Of a stretch of 64,000 nucleotides of DNA, positions 39,769 through 49,172 are shown in pieces (the first letter of the stretch is position 1; each line of letters begins with the position of its first letter). The DNA lies in IMG/VR virus record IMGVR_UViG_3300028581_000026, positions 1 through 64,000 of that record; one strand, given 5' to 3'. Both the position numbers and the translations under genes were made by a program. The notes beneath the pieces were generated by a model. The model made no database searches. It saw only the letters and a program-made list of their open reading frames with translations, and was not told where the DNA came from. The DNA is from a virus.

Positions 39769-40171
39769 CGTCTTCCAATTTTAATTTTTGTTTGGGATCA
39801 ATTATTTCATTAATTTGAAAATTCAAACCCTTTAATTTATCTAAATTTTGTTTCTCAAATATCCGTTTAAGTTCATTAACTTTGTCTTCAAACAATTTGT
39901 CCTTTTCTTCCCTTTCCTTATTGTACTTGATGATACTACAAATGTTTTGATATACCCGTTCTATTTCAGTTTCATTAAATTCACTTACATATGAAAATAA
40001 TCTTTCATTTGGTACTGTACTTTGTTGTTCCATGATTTTGGTTTCATCAACATATTTCTTGGGTATTTTCCAAGTATTAGGAAAACTGATATCAAAAGAC
40101 AAATACGTTTCAATCTTTCTTACAGATTGTATATATGGAAATAGTGTTGAAAATTCTTTATATAAACTCAT
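39731..40171 (-). CDS. Hypothetical protein
   Basis: 146-aa ORF ending TAG TGA. Confidence 0.75.
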   Translation of the reverse strand: MSLYKEFSTLFPYIQSVRKIETYLSFDISFPNTWKIPKKYVDETKIMEQQSTVPNERLFSYVSEFNETEIERVYQNICSIIKYNKEREEKDKLFEDKVNELKRIFEKQNLDKLKGLNFQINEIIDPKQKLKLEDDEEQINTDRVAV

Positions 40172-40356
40172 ATTCTAATTAAGTATGTTATTATGTATGA
40201 TATTGTCATCCCTAACAATATTAGCTCTCTACTATTAAAAATTAACCTTCGAGGGGGATTTGAAAAGAGAGAGCTAACAAATGTAATGCAAGTCCTTGTT
40301 AGGACAAGAATTGAAAAAATAAACACGAATAAAAATAAACTATCTAAACTAAGCAT
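40168..40356 (-). CDS. Small two-TM membrane protein
   Basis: Two hydrophobic segments; coupled overlaps. Confidence 0.65.
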   Translation of the reverse strand: MLSLDSLFLFVFIFSILVLTRTCITFVSSLFSNPPRRLIFNSRELILLGMTISYIITYLIRI

Positions 40357-40528
40357 CGGTTTTTTTTCTTTCTTCTAAAATTTCAGTTCTAAGTGTTTGT
40401 AGTTGAATTTTAATATCTTGTGCTAATTTTCTCGCTCTAGTTCCAGCACTGTTATTACCCTTAAAGAATTTTGTTGTATCTGTTGTCAATTCTTCAACTA
40501 ATGTTTTGATTTTTTCTAATGTTTCCAT
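40349..40528 (-). CDS. Histone H1-like (Hc1-type) nucleoid protein
   Basis: METLEKIKTLVEELTTDTTKFFKGNNSAGTRARKLAQDIK...LRTEILE; GNxxAGTRARK signature; not in ORF track. Confidence 0.8.
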   Translation of the reverse strand: METLEKIKTLVEELTTDTTKFFKGNNSAGTRARKLAQDIKIQLQTLRTEILEERKKTDA

Positions 40529-40582
40529 TGTTTTTTTTTATTTAATTTTAGATTTATTTTATTTAATTGTAAATAGAAAAAG

Positions 40583-41050
40583 TTAAATAGACATATTCTT
40601 ATCAAGGTTTTTATATATAACTGAAATCAAATCTAAATCAGATTTTGAAAATGATGTCTTAGTATTAAACAATTGCATTAAGAAAGTTTTAACACTACTT
40701 TTAACCTTTTCCTCCTTTTGGTTATAGTACACATCCATAAAAAAACTTTTGAAATAATCAAAATGTTCCCCCTTCTTTTTAAAAACAAGTCCTTCTTTCT
40801 TAAAGTTTTCAATTGTCTTGTTAAAACACCATTCAAAATGGTTTAAATTATCTTCATTGGTTAATTTTATCTTAGTTTCATTACTATCTGTTGTATTACC
40901 CAAATAGGTCTCACATATAATCATATGTAATGAAAGACTAAAGTCAGAATATAATTCCAATTTCTCTGGGATTATATTATTGACTCTAAACCAAACATCA
41001 ACATCATCGGAGGGTAAGGGTTTTGATAAATAATTAAAAAAATTCTCCAT
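40583..41050 (-). CDS. Hypothetical protein
   Basis: 155-aa ORF. Confidence 0.75.
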   Translation of the reverse strand: MENFFNYLSKPLPSDDVDVWFRVNNIIPEKLELYSDFSLSLHMIICETYLGNTTDSNETKIKLTNEDNLNHFEWCFNKTIENFKKEGLVFKKKGEHFDYFKSFFMDVYYNQKEEKVKSSVKTFLMQLFNTKTSFSKSDLDLISVIYKNLDKNMSI

Positions 41051-41098
41051 AAGGATTAGCTTATGGAGAAATTATAATGTATATTTAACAAATGTATA

Positions 41099-42472
41099 TT
41101 ATTGAGTTTTTCTATTATATGAAAATAAATTTTTTATTCGGTCAAATTCTTCATTTAAGATATTGATTCTTTTCTCATCAATAGTTTCCATTTTTAAATT
41201 CAACTTTCCAACTTCCTCAAATTTTTCATCAAATACTGGTTGTGATACGCGTTTGTAAGATTGGTCTTTTAGTTTCTTTAGAGTATTCTTTTTTCTCATC
41301 TTATTGAATCTTTCATTGGCATCAGATTCTAAGGCGTTTCCACCAGGTGCATTTCCAGTTGTTGAGTCTCCTTTAAAGTATTTATCCATACGTTTTTCAT
41401 TAAACTCAATTCCGTCAGAAACTGGGAAATTTTGTCCTCCAATTTCATAATTAAAGTCTTCCAACTCATCTGTCATCTCATAAGCTTTTTTACTCATTTC
41501 TCCCAATTCGCCATTCCCAACTGGAAACTTTTTAGGGTTCATTTCATATTTTCCTTTTGATCCGTCTTTAAGATAATCTTTCATCTTTTTACCCAAAGAT
41601 GTCATATAGTCTTTGTTTTCTTTTCCAGATTCTCTATGAGCTTTTTCATATGTTACCATACCTCTAGGTTTTTCCAATGATTTCATTTTTGTCTTTTGTT
41701 CATTAACAATATTTTCAATTAAATCAACCATATCATCCTCACTTAATCTGATGATATCTCCACGACTATCTTTAATACGATATTCAATAGATTCTTTTAG
41801 TTTAACACCACGTCCTTTTAAAATGTCCTTTCTTGTTACTTTACCATCACCAGTTAAATCGGGGAATTTCTTACCTTCTTTGGTCTCTTCACGATGTTTG
41901 CCTTTACGAAGAAGTTTGAAATCCTCTGAGTCAAGTTTTCCATTTTTGTTCTTGTCCAAATTTCTTTGATTACCTTTAAGTTGTCTACTTTCAACATAAT
42001 CAAATTTGTTTTTACGATTTAAGTCATGTGATCTCTCGTTTAATTTACTATAACCACACTCATTACATTCACCTTCATTCATTTTACCAACACCACATTG
42101 TTCGCATAATCTTCCTTCAGTAACTAAATCATCGTTACCACCTTCAGGGTCTAAGAAATACTCGCCATTGTCGTCATCATCTTCAATTTTGCCCAATAAA
42201 TCTTTTAACATATTTTCAAATTCACGTTTTCGTGTTATACCTCCAATGTCGCCATCTTTAAGGTCATCAAATTTTTTACCTGATTTAAATTTACGCAATC
42301 TAGTTCCTTTTGGTAAAAAAGGAGTGTTGTCCCCCATGCCTTTCTCGTCTCCAAAAGCTTCTTCAATTTCCATTTCTTTTATTTTACCATACAACATATC
42401 AGCCTTGTCTTTCAAGGTTTCATTAAGGTTATGTCTAATAGCTTTTTTTAAGTATTTGTCTGAGTATTTCAT
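41099..42472 (-). CDS. Probable head core/internal protein
   Basis: EF-hand-like LDKNKNGKLDSEDF and FPDLTGDGKVTRKDIL motifs, CEQCG/CNECG, internal leader IRLSEDDMVDLIENIVNEQ; ATATTTAT upstream. Confidence 0.6.
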   Translation of the reverse strand: MKYSDKYLKKAIRHNLNETLKDKADMLYGKIKEMEIEEAFGDEKGMGDNTPFLPKGTRLRKFKSGKKFDDLKDGDIGGITRKREFENMLKDLLGKIEDDDDNGEYFLDPEGGNDDLVTEGRLCEQCGVGKMNEGECNECGYSKLNERSHDLNRKNKFDYVESRQLKGNQRNLDKNKNGKLDSEDFKLLRKGKHREETKEGKKFPDLTGDGKVTRKDILKGRGVKLKESIEYRIKDSRGDIIRLSEDDMVDLIENIVNEQKTKMKSLEKPRGMVTYEKAHRESGKENKDYMTSLGKKMKDYLKDGSKGKYEMNPKKFPVGNGELGEMSKKAYEMTDELEDFNYEIGGQNFPVSDGIEFNEKRMDKYFKGDSTTGNAPGGNALESDANERFNKMRKKNTLKKLKDQSYKRVSQPVFDEKFEEVGKLNLKMETIDEKRINILNEEFDRIKNLFSYNRKTQ

Positions 42473-42496
42473 TGTTTGTTTTTATTATAAATATGT

Positions 42497-43213
42497 TCAT
42501 TTTATGTTTGAGTAATGATTGATTATCATTTTCTTAATCATTTGTTCACTAAGATTATATTTTTTACTTAATTCAGAAATCGTTCTTTTTATCATTTCTT
42601 CATTAGTAAACTTTAATGCTTTGATATCCCCTTGGTTACAATATGGAAATTTTTTACATTTCTTTTTTACGGTTACGAATTTACCACCAGGTATTTGAGT
42701 TTTACTCTTGCCTCTCCAATCTTTTTTACTTGTTGACTTAGCCCAAGCCGCTGGAGTCACATAAGAACCTGAAGACGCAACTCCAGTTGCTTCCTTGAAT
42801 TCACCTTTATCTGATTTTCCTTGACAATGTGCTTTTTGACTGAAACCTTTTGGATTGTCACAGTCAATAGAATCTTTATATTTTTGACTCCATTTTTCTG
42901 TCATATCTTTTTTATTAGTTGTAAATAGCGGGACGGAATATCCACCGGCACTACCTGACCCAGTAACTTCTTTAGTCTCTGATTTTCCCATTGAATATAA
43001 TTTACCAATAGGTTTGTCCATTTTTGGTGTTTTTTGGGACAGATTATTAACTATATCCCCTTTTTTAATCTTTTTCTTGATTATTGTGTTTTCTGTTTGT
43101 TCTAGTTTACTCATAATATCACTAGTTGATTTAAATAATTCTCCTTGGTCTTCCCCTCCACTTGATGTGGCAAGATTTCCAATTTTATTCGCCAAGTTTT
43201 TAGTTAAACTCAT
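42497..43213 (-). CDS. Probable head internal protein
   Basis: EKWSQKYKDSIDCDNPKGFSQKAHC and CKKFPYCNQG motifs; E(A/V)TG-S(A/S)G repeats. Confidence 0.6.
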   Translation of the reverse strand: MSLTKNLANKIGNLATSSGGEDQGELFKSTSDIMSKLEQTENTIIKKKIKKGDIVNNLSQKTPKMDKPIGKLYSMGKSETKEVTGSGSAGGYSVPLFTTNKKDMTEKWSQKYKDSIDCDNPKGFSQKAHCQGKSDKGEFKEATGVASSGSYVTPAAWAKSTSKKDWRGKSKTQIPGGKFVTVKKKCKKFPYCNQGDIKALKFTNEEMIKRTISELSKKYNLSEQMIKKMIINHYSNIK

Positions 43214-43215
43214 AT

Positions 43216-43884
43216 TTATGGCATTTTAGTTAATTTTCTATTACCTAATACTTTGGACCATTTTGATTTGAACTTTTCATAATAAGTTTTTAGTTTTTGT
43301 ATCATTTCCATAAAATCATCATCGGTATTAATCATTTCCCCTCTGATATATATTCCATTTTCTTCACCTAATGAAAATATAAAATCAATTTCAAACTCAA
43401 TTAATTTACCAGACCATTCAACTAAATTTGGATAAACATTTAATTGATTAAACTCAGCTAAATCAGATACTTCAGTTACAAATTCATTCATTGTTTCTTG
43501 AAAAGCCACTTTTTCATCTGTAGTTATTTCAAGTTCTGATTGTTTTTTCCCATGAAAGACTAAAATACCCCCAGATATTCTATATGCCTGTCTTTTATCT
43601 CTTGGTGATGATTTAGTTTCTTCATCATAAGACATATCCCTATCAGGTTGTCTCCTATCTCCCCCTCTATCAGATTGTCTTTGTCTACCAAAATCCATAT
43701 CATCTTCAATTGCTGAAGCTACATTAATTTTTTTGGTTATATCACCAGAAGTTGGGACAACACCTTGTTCTAATATTAGGCTATATTTTTGTCTGATTTC
43801 ATTCATTTCATAAATTGTATTACTACTAGACAACATATTTTGTGATGCTTTTAGTAATCTCTTTATTTCATCATGTTTGTTCAT
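43216..43884 (-). CDS. Hypothetical (late) protein
   Basis: 222-aa ORF; HDEIKRLLK N-terminus. Confidence 0.75.
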   Translation of the reverse strand: MNKHDEIKRLLKASQNMLSSSNTIYEMNEIRQKYSLILEQGVVPTSGDITKKINVASAIEDDMDFGRQRQSDRGGDRRQPDRDMSYDEETKSSPRDKRQAYRISGGILVFHGKKQSELEITTDEKVAFQETMNEFVTEVSDLAEFNQLNVYPNLVEWSGKLIEFEIDFIFSLGEENGIYIRGEMINTDDDFMEMIQKLKTYYEKFKSKWSKVLGNRKLTKMP

Positions 43885-44471
43885 ATATCTATTATGTTTC
43901 TTAATTTATCAAAATCAAAAGAAGGGTTTACATCAGTATAATTCACATCAAAATTACTCCTAGATACAATTCCCTTAAATATTTCAATTCCGTTTATTTT
44001 TGTATTGTGTCCTGTTATTTCTTTGGTTATTTTCATCTCATCCATTATTGTTTTGAGTAGATAACCCAAACTTTCAATTTGATTTGATGTATATTTATCC
44101 CAAAAAAAATAATCCCTCCACTTTCTCTCATAAGGAATACCCTTATAAATATCACCAATCCAATTAACATAATAATTTTCCAATGGTTGTTTTTCTAACC
44201 ACCCCAAATTTTCTAAACTTATTATGATTCCGTTTCTGTTTATATTGGGTTCATTGAAATAATTGGTGTGTTCAATATTGTCCAGTAATTGCAATATATC
44301 CCCATTTTTCTTTATTACATAATTTGGAATTCTATCAAATTTTCCATTACATCTATATAACAAAGAAGCCAAATAATTCTCAACATTCCTTCCGGTGTGT
44401 GTGAGAATTATTTGGTTTTTCTTCTTTTGTTTACCTAATGGTTTAAAGTTTCCGTATTTAATTACCTCCAC
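43881..44471 (-). CDS. N-acetylmuramoyl-L-alanine amidase-like protein
   Basis: IILTHT...PNYVI...GDILQL...ISLENLG...QIESL...TGHN...TDVNPSFD. Confidence 0.75.
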   Translation of the reverse strand: MEVIKYGNFKPLGKQKKKNQIILTHTGRNVENYLASLLYRCNGKFDRIPNYVIKKNGDILQLLDNIEHTNYFNEPNINRNGIIISLENLGWLEKQPLENYYVNWIGDIYKGIPYERKWRDYFFWDKYTSNQIESLGYLLKTIMDEMKITKEITGHNTKINGIEIFKGIVSRSNFDVNYTDVNPSFDFDKLRNIIDI

Positions 44472-44472
44472 T

Positions 44473-45222
44473 TTATTGTATTTTAGTATATGTTAATTTT
44501 CTTGGTTTTGGTTTCTCAATATATTGTGGTTTTGGTATGAATTGTATTGTTGGTAGTGTTGTTGTCTCAGTTATACTTTCAACTTCTTCAGCAATTATTT
44601 CCTCAACTTCTTGAGTCTCTTCAACTTTTGGTTCTTCTTGAATTGGTTCTTTTTTCTTTCTTCCCCTCTTTGTCTTTGGTTTTTCTTCTTGTTCCAATGT
44701 TGATTTCAAATCAAACAAAGATACTATTTCCAAATCCCTATCGTTCTCAATTATTGGTTTGGGTTTTTCATATCTCACAAAGAAATGTAATGATGTTAAT
44801 GATATGATTGGGAGTAATCCCCCACCTAGTATTGCCAACCATCTTTTATGTGAAATCACATCCGTTGGTTCTGTCCCAAATATCTCAAATATTGGGGACA
44901 TAAGTTCAACCCAGGCTTTGAATAACTCACCATTTGCATCAATCTCCTTATATGAATAGAATATATTTCCAATCATTTGAACGAATGTGACCAATCCGAA
45001 CATAAACCATACCCCACCTTTAATCTTCTGTGTAGCGGCAATTAGAGCGGTAATCGCACCTATTTCTATTGCCACCGATAGATAGATTGCCCAACTGAAT
45101 GGATTGGTAATATCATACCAAGCAACAACGTGAGATATGGATATACCCGCCACCAAAAAGATGGGGACTAAGAACATTGATCGGATGGGATTATCTTTAA
45201 TCCATTTTAATAAGTTATTCAT
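44473..45222 (-). CDS. Four-TM membrane protein with charged tail
   Basis: Four hydrophobic helices followed by a K/E-rich tail. Confidence 0.75.
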   Translation of the reverse strand: MNNLLKWIKDNPIRSMFLVPIFLVAGISISHVVAWYDITNPFSWAIYLSVAIEIGAITALIAATQKIKGGVWFMFGLVTFVQMIGNIFYSYKEIDANGELFKAWVELMSPIFEIFGTEPTDVISHKRWLAILGGGLLPIISLTSLHFFVRYEKPKPIIENDRDLEIVSLFDLKSTLEQEEKPKTKRGRKKKEPIQEEPKVEETQEVEEIIAEEVESITETTTLPTIQFIPKPQYIEKPKPRKLTYTKIQ

Positions 45223-45512
45223 TTATCTAAGGTCTTGAGTTCTTTATCTATTTCAGCTTGTCTATTCAAATCCATTATTTTTCTGTCAGTTGATTGTATC
45301 ATTCTTTTCTCAACTTTCAATCCTTCAACTTTGATTTCTTTTTGTAGAGTTTTGGTCAAGATATCCAAACTTTTTTGGACTCCCTCAACTTGTTTTAACA
45401 TTTTCTTTTCACTCATTTTTCTACTCATAGAAGTAGTACAAGTGGACACCATTAATAGAACGAATACTACGATTAGTCCGTGTTTCCCAATAAATTCAGT
45501 TATTGTTTTCAT
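45219..45512 (-). CDS. N-terminal TM/lipoprotein coiled-coil protein
   Basis: GLIVVFVLLMVSTC then coiled coil; ATATTTAT at 45526-45533. Confidence 0.7.
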   Translation of the reverse strand: MKTITEFIGKHGLIVVFVLLMVSTCTTSMSRKMSEKKMLKQVEGVQKSLDILTKTLQKEIKVEGLKVEKRMIQSTDRKIMDLNRQAEIDKELKTLDK

Positions 45513-45546
45513 ACTTTATTTTTTTATAAATATTAGTTAATTGTTA

Positions 45547-46347
45547 TTACATCCACTCAAATAAATCATTGGATAAGTTTCTCAACTTTCTCAAACTTTT
45601 TTCCTTTATCTGGCGCACCCTCTCTTTCGTCAAATTAAAGTCACCACCGATGTCTTCCAATGTTCTTGGTGCTCCTGTCAACCCAAAATAATCTTCCACT
45701 ATAACTCGTTCTCGTTCATCCAAACAGGTCAATAGTCCCAGCAATTTGGTTCTAAGAATGTCTTTGGTGTTAAATGACTCATCCGGCATATCCGCCTCAT
45801 CATTTTTGATAACATCAAATAAACTATCACCCTCTTCATTGATATCCATATCAAGGTTAATCATTGATGGTAATGACGCAAACTTACCTTCCAATTCACC
45901 ACCCTTGTCTTCAATCTCCTTCTTGGCTCTATGTAAGTCTTGGACAACATTAACTGGGAGACGAATGGTTCTTGCATTGTCATTCAAACTTTGAATAATT
46001 GATTGTTTAACCCACCACACAGCATAGGATATAAACCTCAAATCTTTATTCCAGTCAAAGTTCTTGATTGCTTTCATTAAACCATAATTACCTTCAGCAA
46101 TTAGTTCATCCAAATCAAGTCCTTGATTTTGATATTGTTTGGCAACCGTAATTACAAATCGTAAATTACCTTCCAATAGTTCTTTGTTAACATCCTCAAT
46201 CTGTCTTGGTGTCAATTCACCAGACTTCATTAGGACGGATAGTTCTTTCTCCCTCTCAGGAGTCATAACTTTCTTCTTACGAATGTCCTTGAGGTAGGAT
46301 TGGATCTCTTCTTGATTAATTGGAATACCTGAATTTTTCTCTTTCAT
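45547..46347 (-). CDS. rpoD: RNA polymerase sigma-70 factor, Bacteroidota RpoD-like
   Basis: YLKDIRK...NLRFVITVAKQYQNQGL...EGNYGL...RFISYAVWWVKQSI...RTIRLP; region 4 TLEDIG...LTKERVRQIKEK. Confidence 0.9.
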   Translation of the reverse strand: MKEKNSGIPINQEEIQSYLKDIRKKKVMTPEREKELSVLMKSGELTPRQIEDVNKELLEGNLRFVITVAKQYQNQGLDLDELIAEGNYGLMKAIKNFDWNKDLRFISYAVWWVKQSIIQSLNDNARTIRLPVNVVQDLHRAKKEIEDKGGELEGKFASLPSMINLDMDINEEGDSLFDVIKNDEADMPDESFNTKDILRTKLLGLLTCLDERERVIVEDYFGLTGAPRTLEDIGGDFNLTKERVRQIKEKSLRKLRNLSNDLFEWM

Positions 46348-46910
46348 TTTGAATATTTTTTTAACAATTCTTTTTCTTCGTCAGTCAATGACTTCATACC
46401 ACTAACATTAATCTTGTCCAAAAGTTCATCCAAGGTGGGAATATGTTTAACAACTTCCTTTTTGTCATCACCGAATAAACGATTAAATCTATCACTAAAG
46501 TGTCTGCTACTAGGAGGTGGTCCCCATTCTCCTTTTGGTTTTTTTGGTACATCATTGAATCCAAGGAATAAATCATCCCTAAGTTCATCTTGTTCATCTT
46601 CTGAATAATCATCATTTGTTGCACACAAATCCGTACCAAATAGATGTTGTTCATTCTCTTTATTAAACCAATATGACATTTTGTCAGTTTGTGCTAATAC
46701 AAAGGGGATTGATAAGTCACCCAAGATTGCATTAAAGAAATCTGTGGCCTGTTTGAAAGATGACCTGGTTTCAAATGTCATTAGGATGGTTTGTTCCCCA
46801 TAAAAATATTTAACTTCTTTTGAGGTGAGGGTTTGGACTTCTTTTGCCAAAGAGATGACAAAATCTTCCTGTTTTTTGTGTGACACAAAAACTGTTAATA
46901 GATACTTCAT
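46344..46910 (-). CDS. Hypothetical protein with DUF6576-like C-terminus
   Basis: LDELLDKINVSGMKSLTDEEKELLKKYSK. Confidence 0.7.
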   Translation of the reverse strand: MKYLLTVFVSHKKQEDFVISLAKEVQTLTSKEVKYFYGEQTILMTFETRSSFKQATDFFNAILGDLSIPFVLAQTDKMSYWFNKENEQHLFGTDLCATNDDYSEDEQDELRDDLFLGFNDVPKKPKGEWGPPPSSRHFSDRFNRLFGDDKKEVVKHIPTLDELLDKINVSGMKSLTDEEKELLKKYSK

Positions 46911-46952
46911 ATTGATGTGTTTTAAATTGTGGAATATAAAGGTAAGAAACTT

Positions 46953-49172
46953 TTATTGACTTACACTACTGATATTATTTTCCTTTGTAATTTTAACAAT
47001 GTTATCCGCCCAATTACTAACAAGTGGGTTATGAGTTATAACAAACAACTTCTCAAAATAGTTCTTTATTTTACCAAAAAATTCACCAACCATATCAAGA
47101 TTTTCATTTGATATTTTTCCAAACACTTCATCCATTACCACAATATTCGGTTTTGGTAAAGAACTTATTTTAGTTAGTACCGCTCTCAACGCCAATGATG
47201 CCACAGTTCTTTCATAACCTGATCCTGATGACATAAGTTTCTCAATCTGGGTATTATTATCAATCATTATAAATTCAACCTCATTCTTGTCATTTATGTT
47301 AATCTCCAATCTAAAATGACAGCTATCTTCCAATAACCTTTGTAACTCAGAATTCAACATCGGAATCATTGTTTTCATTATGGTTTTGGATATTCCATTC
47401 TTCCCAAAGATTTCCAAATATAACTTATAGATTTTCTCCTTGTTAGCTTCTTCTTTAATCTTAACAATTGTTTGTTCATTCTGCTCAATCTTATCTTTCA
47501 ATGACTGAACCTGATAATTGTTTGAATCAATAATTCTTTGAACGGAAGTCTTCTCCCTATCTAATTCCTCAATTCTTAGGTTAGCTTTGATAAGTTGGGT
47601 TTCAATCTTGCTGTTGGTGGATATGTTATCCTGTAACAAATTGAATTTTTCCAACTTATCTTCCAATCCTTTAATTTTCATCACATACCCTTCAATTGTC
47701 AATTCATATTTTTCTTTGATAAGTTTGTTTTTCTCATACTCATCAAATTCTTTTTTGAGTTGGACATACTTGGCTTCTTTGTCAATTATAATATTCATTT
47801 CCCCCTCAAATTGGTTCTTTTGTATGTTATAATTGTCAAGTTCAGATATTTTTGATTGGGTTATGGATGCCATCATCAATTCAATCCCACAATGTTCGCA
47901 CTTAATCCCACCATCAACGGAGGATTTAAGTTCATTGATTGATTTGATTTTCTGTTCAATCTGAACAATTTCTTTGTATAGAACTTTATGGGTTTCCTTT
48001 AACTTATCGTGTTCTTGTTCTGAATAAAACTCTGTTGGCTCAATAACCTTGAGTTCTTTTAATTGTCTATCAACACCTTGTTTTAGGGTTTTAATTCCCA
48101 TAATTTCGCTTTGAACATTTTCCGGTACAATCTTGGCGATTTCAATATCAATATCCATATGTTTGGATTTCAATAGATTATCCCTATATTCTTGTCCCTT
48201 GATTATTCTGTTCTGAACATCAATCAAATTGTTTTGTTGGGTGATATTGTCTGATGTTAATTCATTTATCCTGGTGGAATATCCATCATTATCTGACTTC
48301 AGTTTCTCACTGGAATAAACATTTGATAACATTGATTTTGAAAACTCCGAATAGATTTCCTTTCCAATTTCTTCTTTCTTTTTAAGGAAGTCCAATCCCA
48401 TAAACTTGGATAATACTTGTCCTCTTGCTGTGGGTTTGGAATCAATTAACTCTTCAAGGTTTGTTGCCGTGGTTAGAATTGTCATTAAGAAATCATCCTT
48501 TGTTCCAATGGATGTTTTAATAAAGTTTTCCGTTTCTCTTCTTTGTTCCCCAGTAAAGTTCTGTAATGAACCATCTGATAATTTCTTATAGAAGTCCAAT
48601 TCAGTTTTTACATTCCAGGTGTCATCCTTTTTCTTTTTTCTTTCAATATTTCTGATGATGATATATTCATCCCCATCAATTATTATTTCACCTTTGACAT
48701 GGACTTTATCGTAGTTTGAGAATCTATTGAATATTTCTTCAGCTTTGGTTGTCTTGGTTGTTTCATTGAAGAATAAGAATAACAATAGATCAACGGTTAG
48801 AACGGTGTTATGAGACACAATACCATTTGTATAATATTGATGAACTTCAGCAACTTGGATATCATATAGGTCATCTTTAATGTCCAATAATTCAATGTTG
48901 GAGACATTACTACTACCACTAATAGTTTGTATGCTTTCACCAATTTTAATCTCTTTAAGAACAACGAATTGGTTATCGGTATTTTTTAACTTATGATAAT
49001 CGGCACCTTCAACAGACATCCCATTATCAAGTTCGCATCTATAAACTTCAGCATTTTTTTCAGTTATACCACACCATTCAATGTTTTTATACCCATATGG
49101 TGTGTTTACTTTAAACCCTAAATCACCATATTTTTGGTATAAATTATATAAATCCCCTATTTTAATTTTCAT
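46953..49172 (-). CDS. sbcC: SbcC/gp46 ATPase C-terminal part preceded by C-intein (aa 1-122)
   Basis: ...YDIQV...YYTNGIVSHN|TVLTVD; zinc hook CEHC; signature SGSGYE; Walker B VVMDEVFG; ITH. Confidence 0.9.
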   Translation of the reverse strand: MKIKIGDLYNLYQKYGDLGFKVNTPYGYKNIEWCGITEKNAEVYRCELDNGMSVEGADYHKLKNTDNQFVVLKEIKIGESIQTISGSSNVSNIELLDIKDDLYDIQVAEVHQYYTNGIVSHNTVLTVDLLLFLFFNETTKTTKAEEIFNRFSNYDKVHVKGEIIIDGDEYIIIRNIERKKKKDDTWNVKTELDFYKKLSDGSLQNFTGEQRRETENFIKTSIGTKDDFLMTILTTATNLEELIDSKPTARGQVLSKFMGLDFLKKKEEIGKEIYSEFSKSMLSNVYSSEKLKSDNDGYSTRINELTSDNITQQNNLIDVQNRIIKGQEYRDNLLKSKHMDIDIEIAKIVPENVQSEIMGIKTLKQGVDRQLKELKVIEPTEFYSEQEHDKLKETHKVLYKEIVQIEQKIKSINELKSSVDGGIKCEHCGIELMMASITQSKISELDNYNIQKNQFEGEMNIIIDKEAKYVQLKKEFDEYEKNKLIKEKYELTIEGYVMKIKGLEDKLEKFNLLQDNISTNSKIETQLIKANLRIEELDREKTSVQRIIDSNNYQVQSLKDKIEQNEQTIVKIKEEANKEKIYKLYLEIFGKNGISKTIMKTMIPMLNSELQRLLEDSCHFRLEININDKNEVEFIMIDNNTQIEKLMSSGSGYERTVASLALRAVLTKISSLPKPNIVVMDEVFGKISNENLDMVGEFFGKIKNYFEKLFVITHNPLVSNWADNIVKITKENNISSVSQ
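48807..49172 (-). mobile_element. Split intein C-terminal half (IntC, 122 aa)
   Basis: Block B-like VEGADYH, block F LYDIQV, block G HQYYTNGIVSHN followed by Thr +1. Confidence 0.88.
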
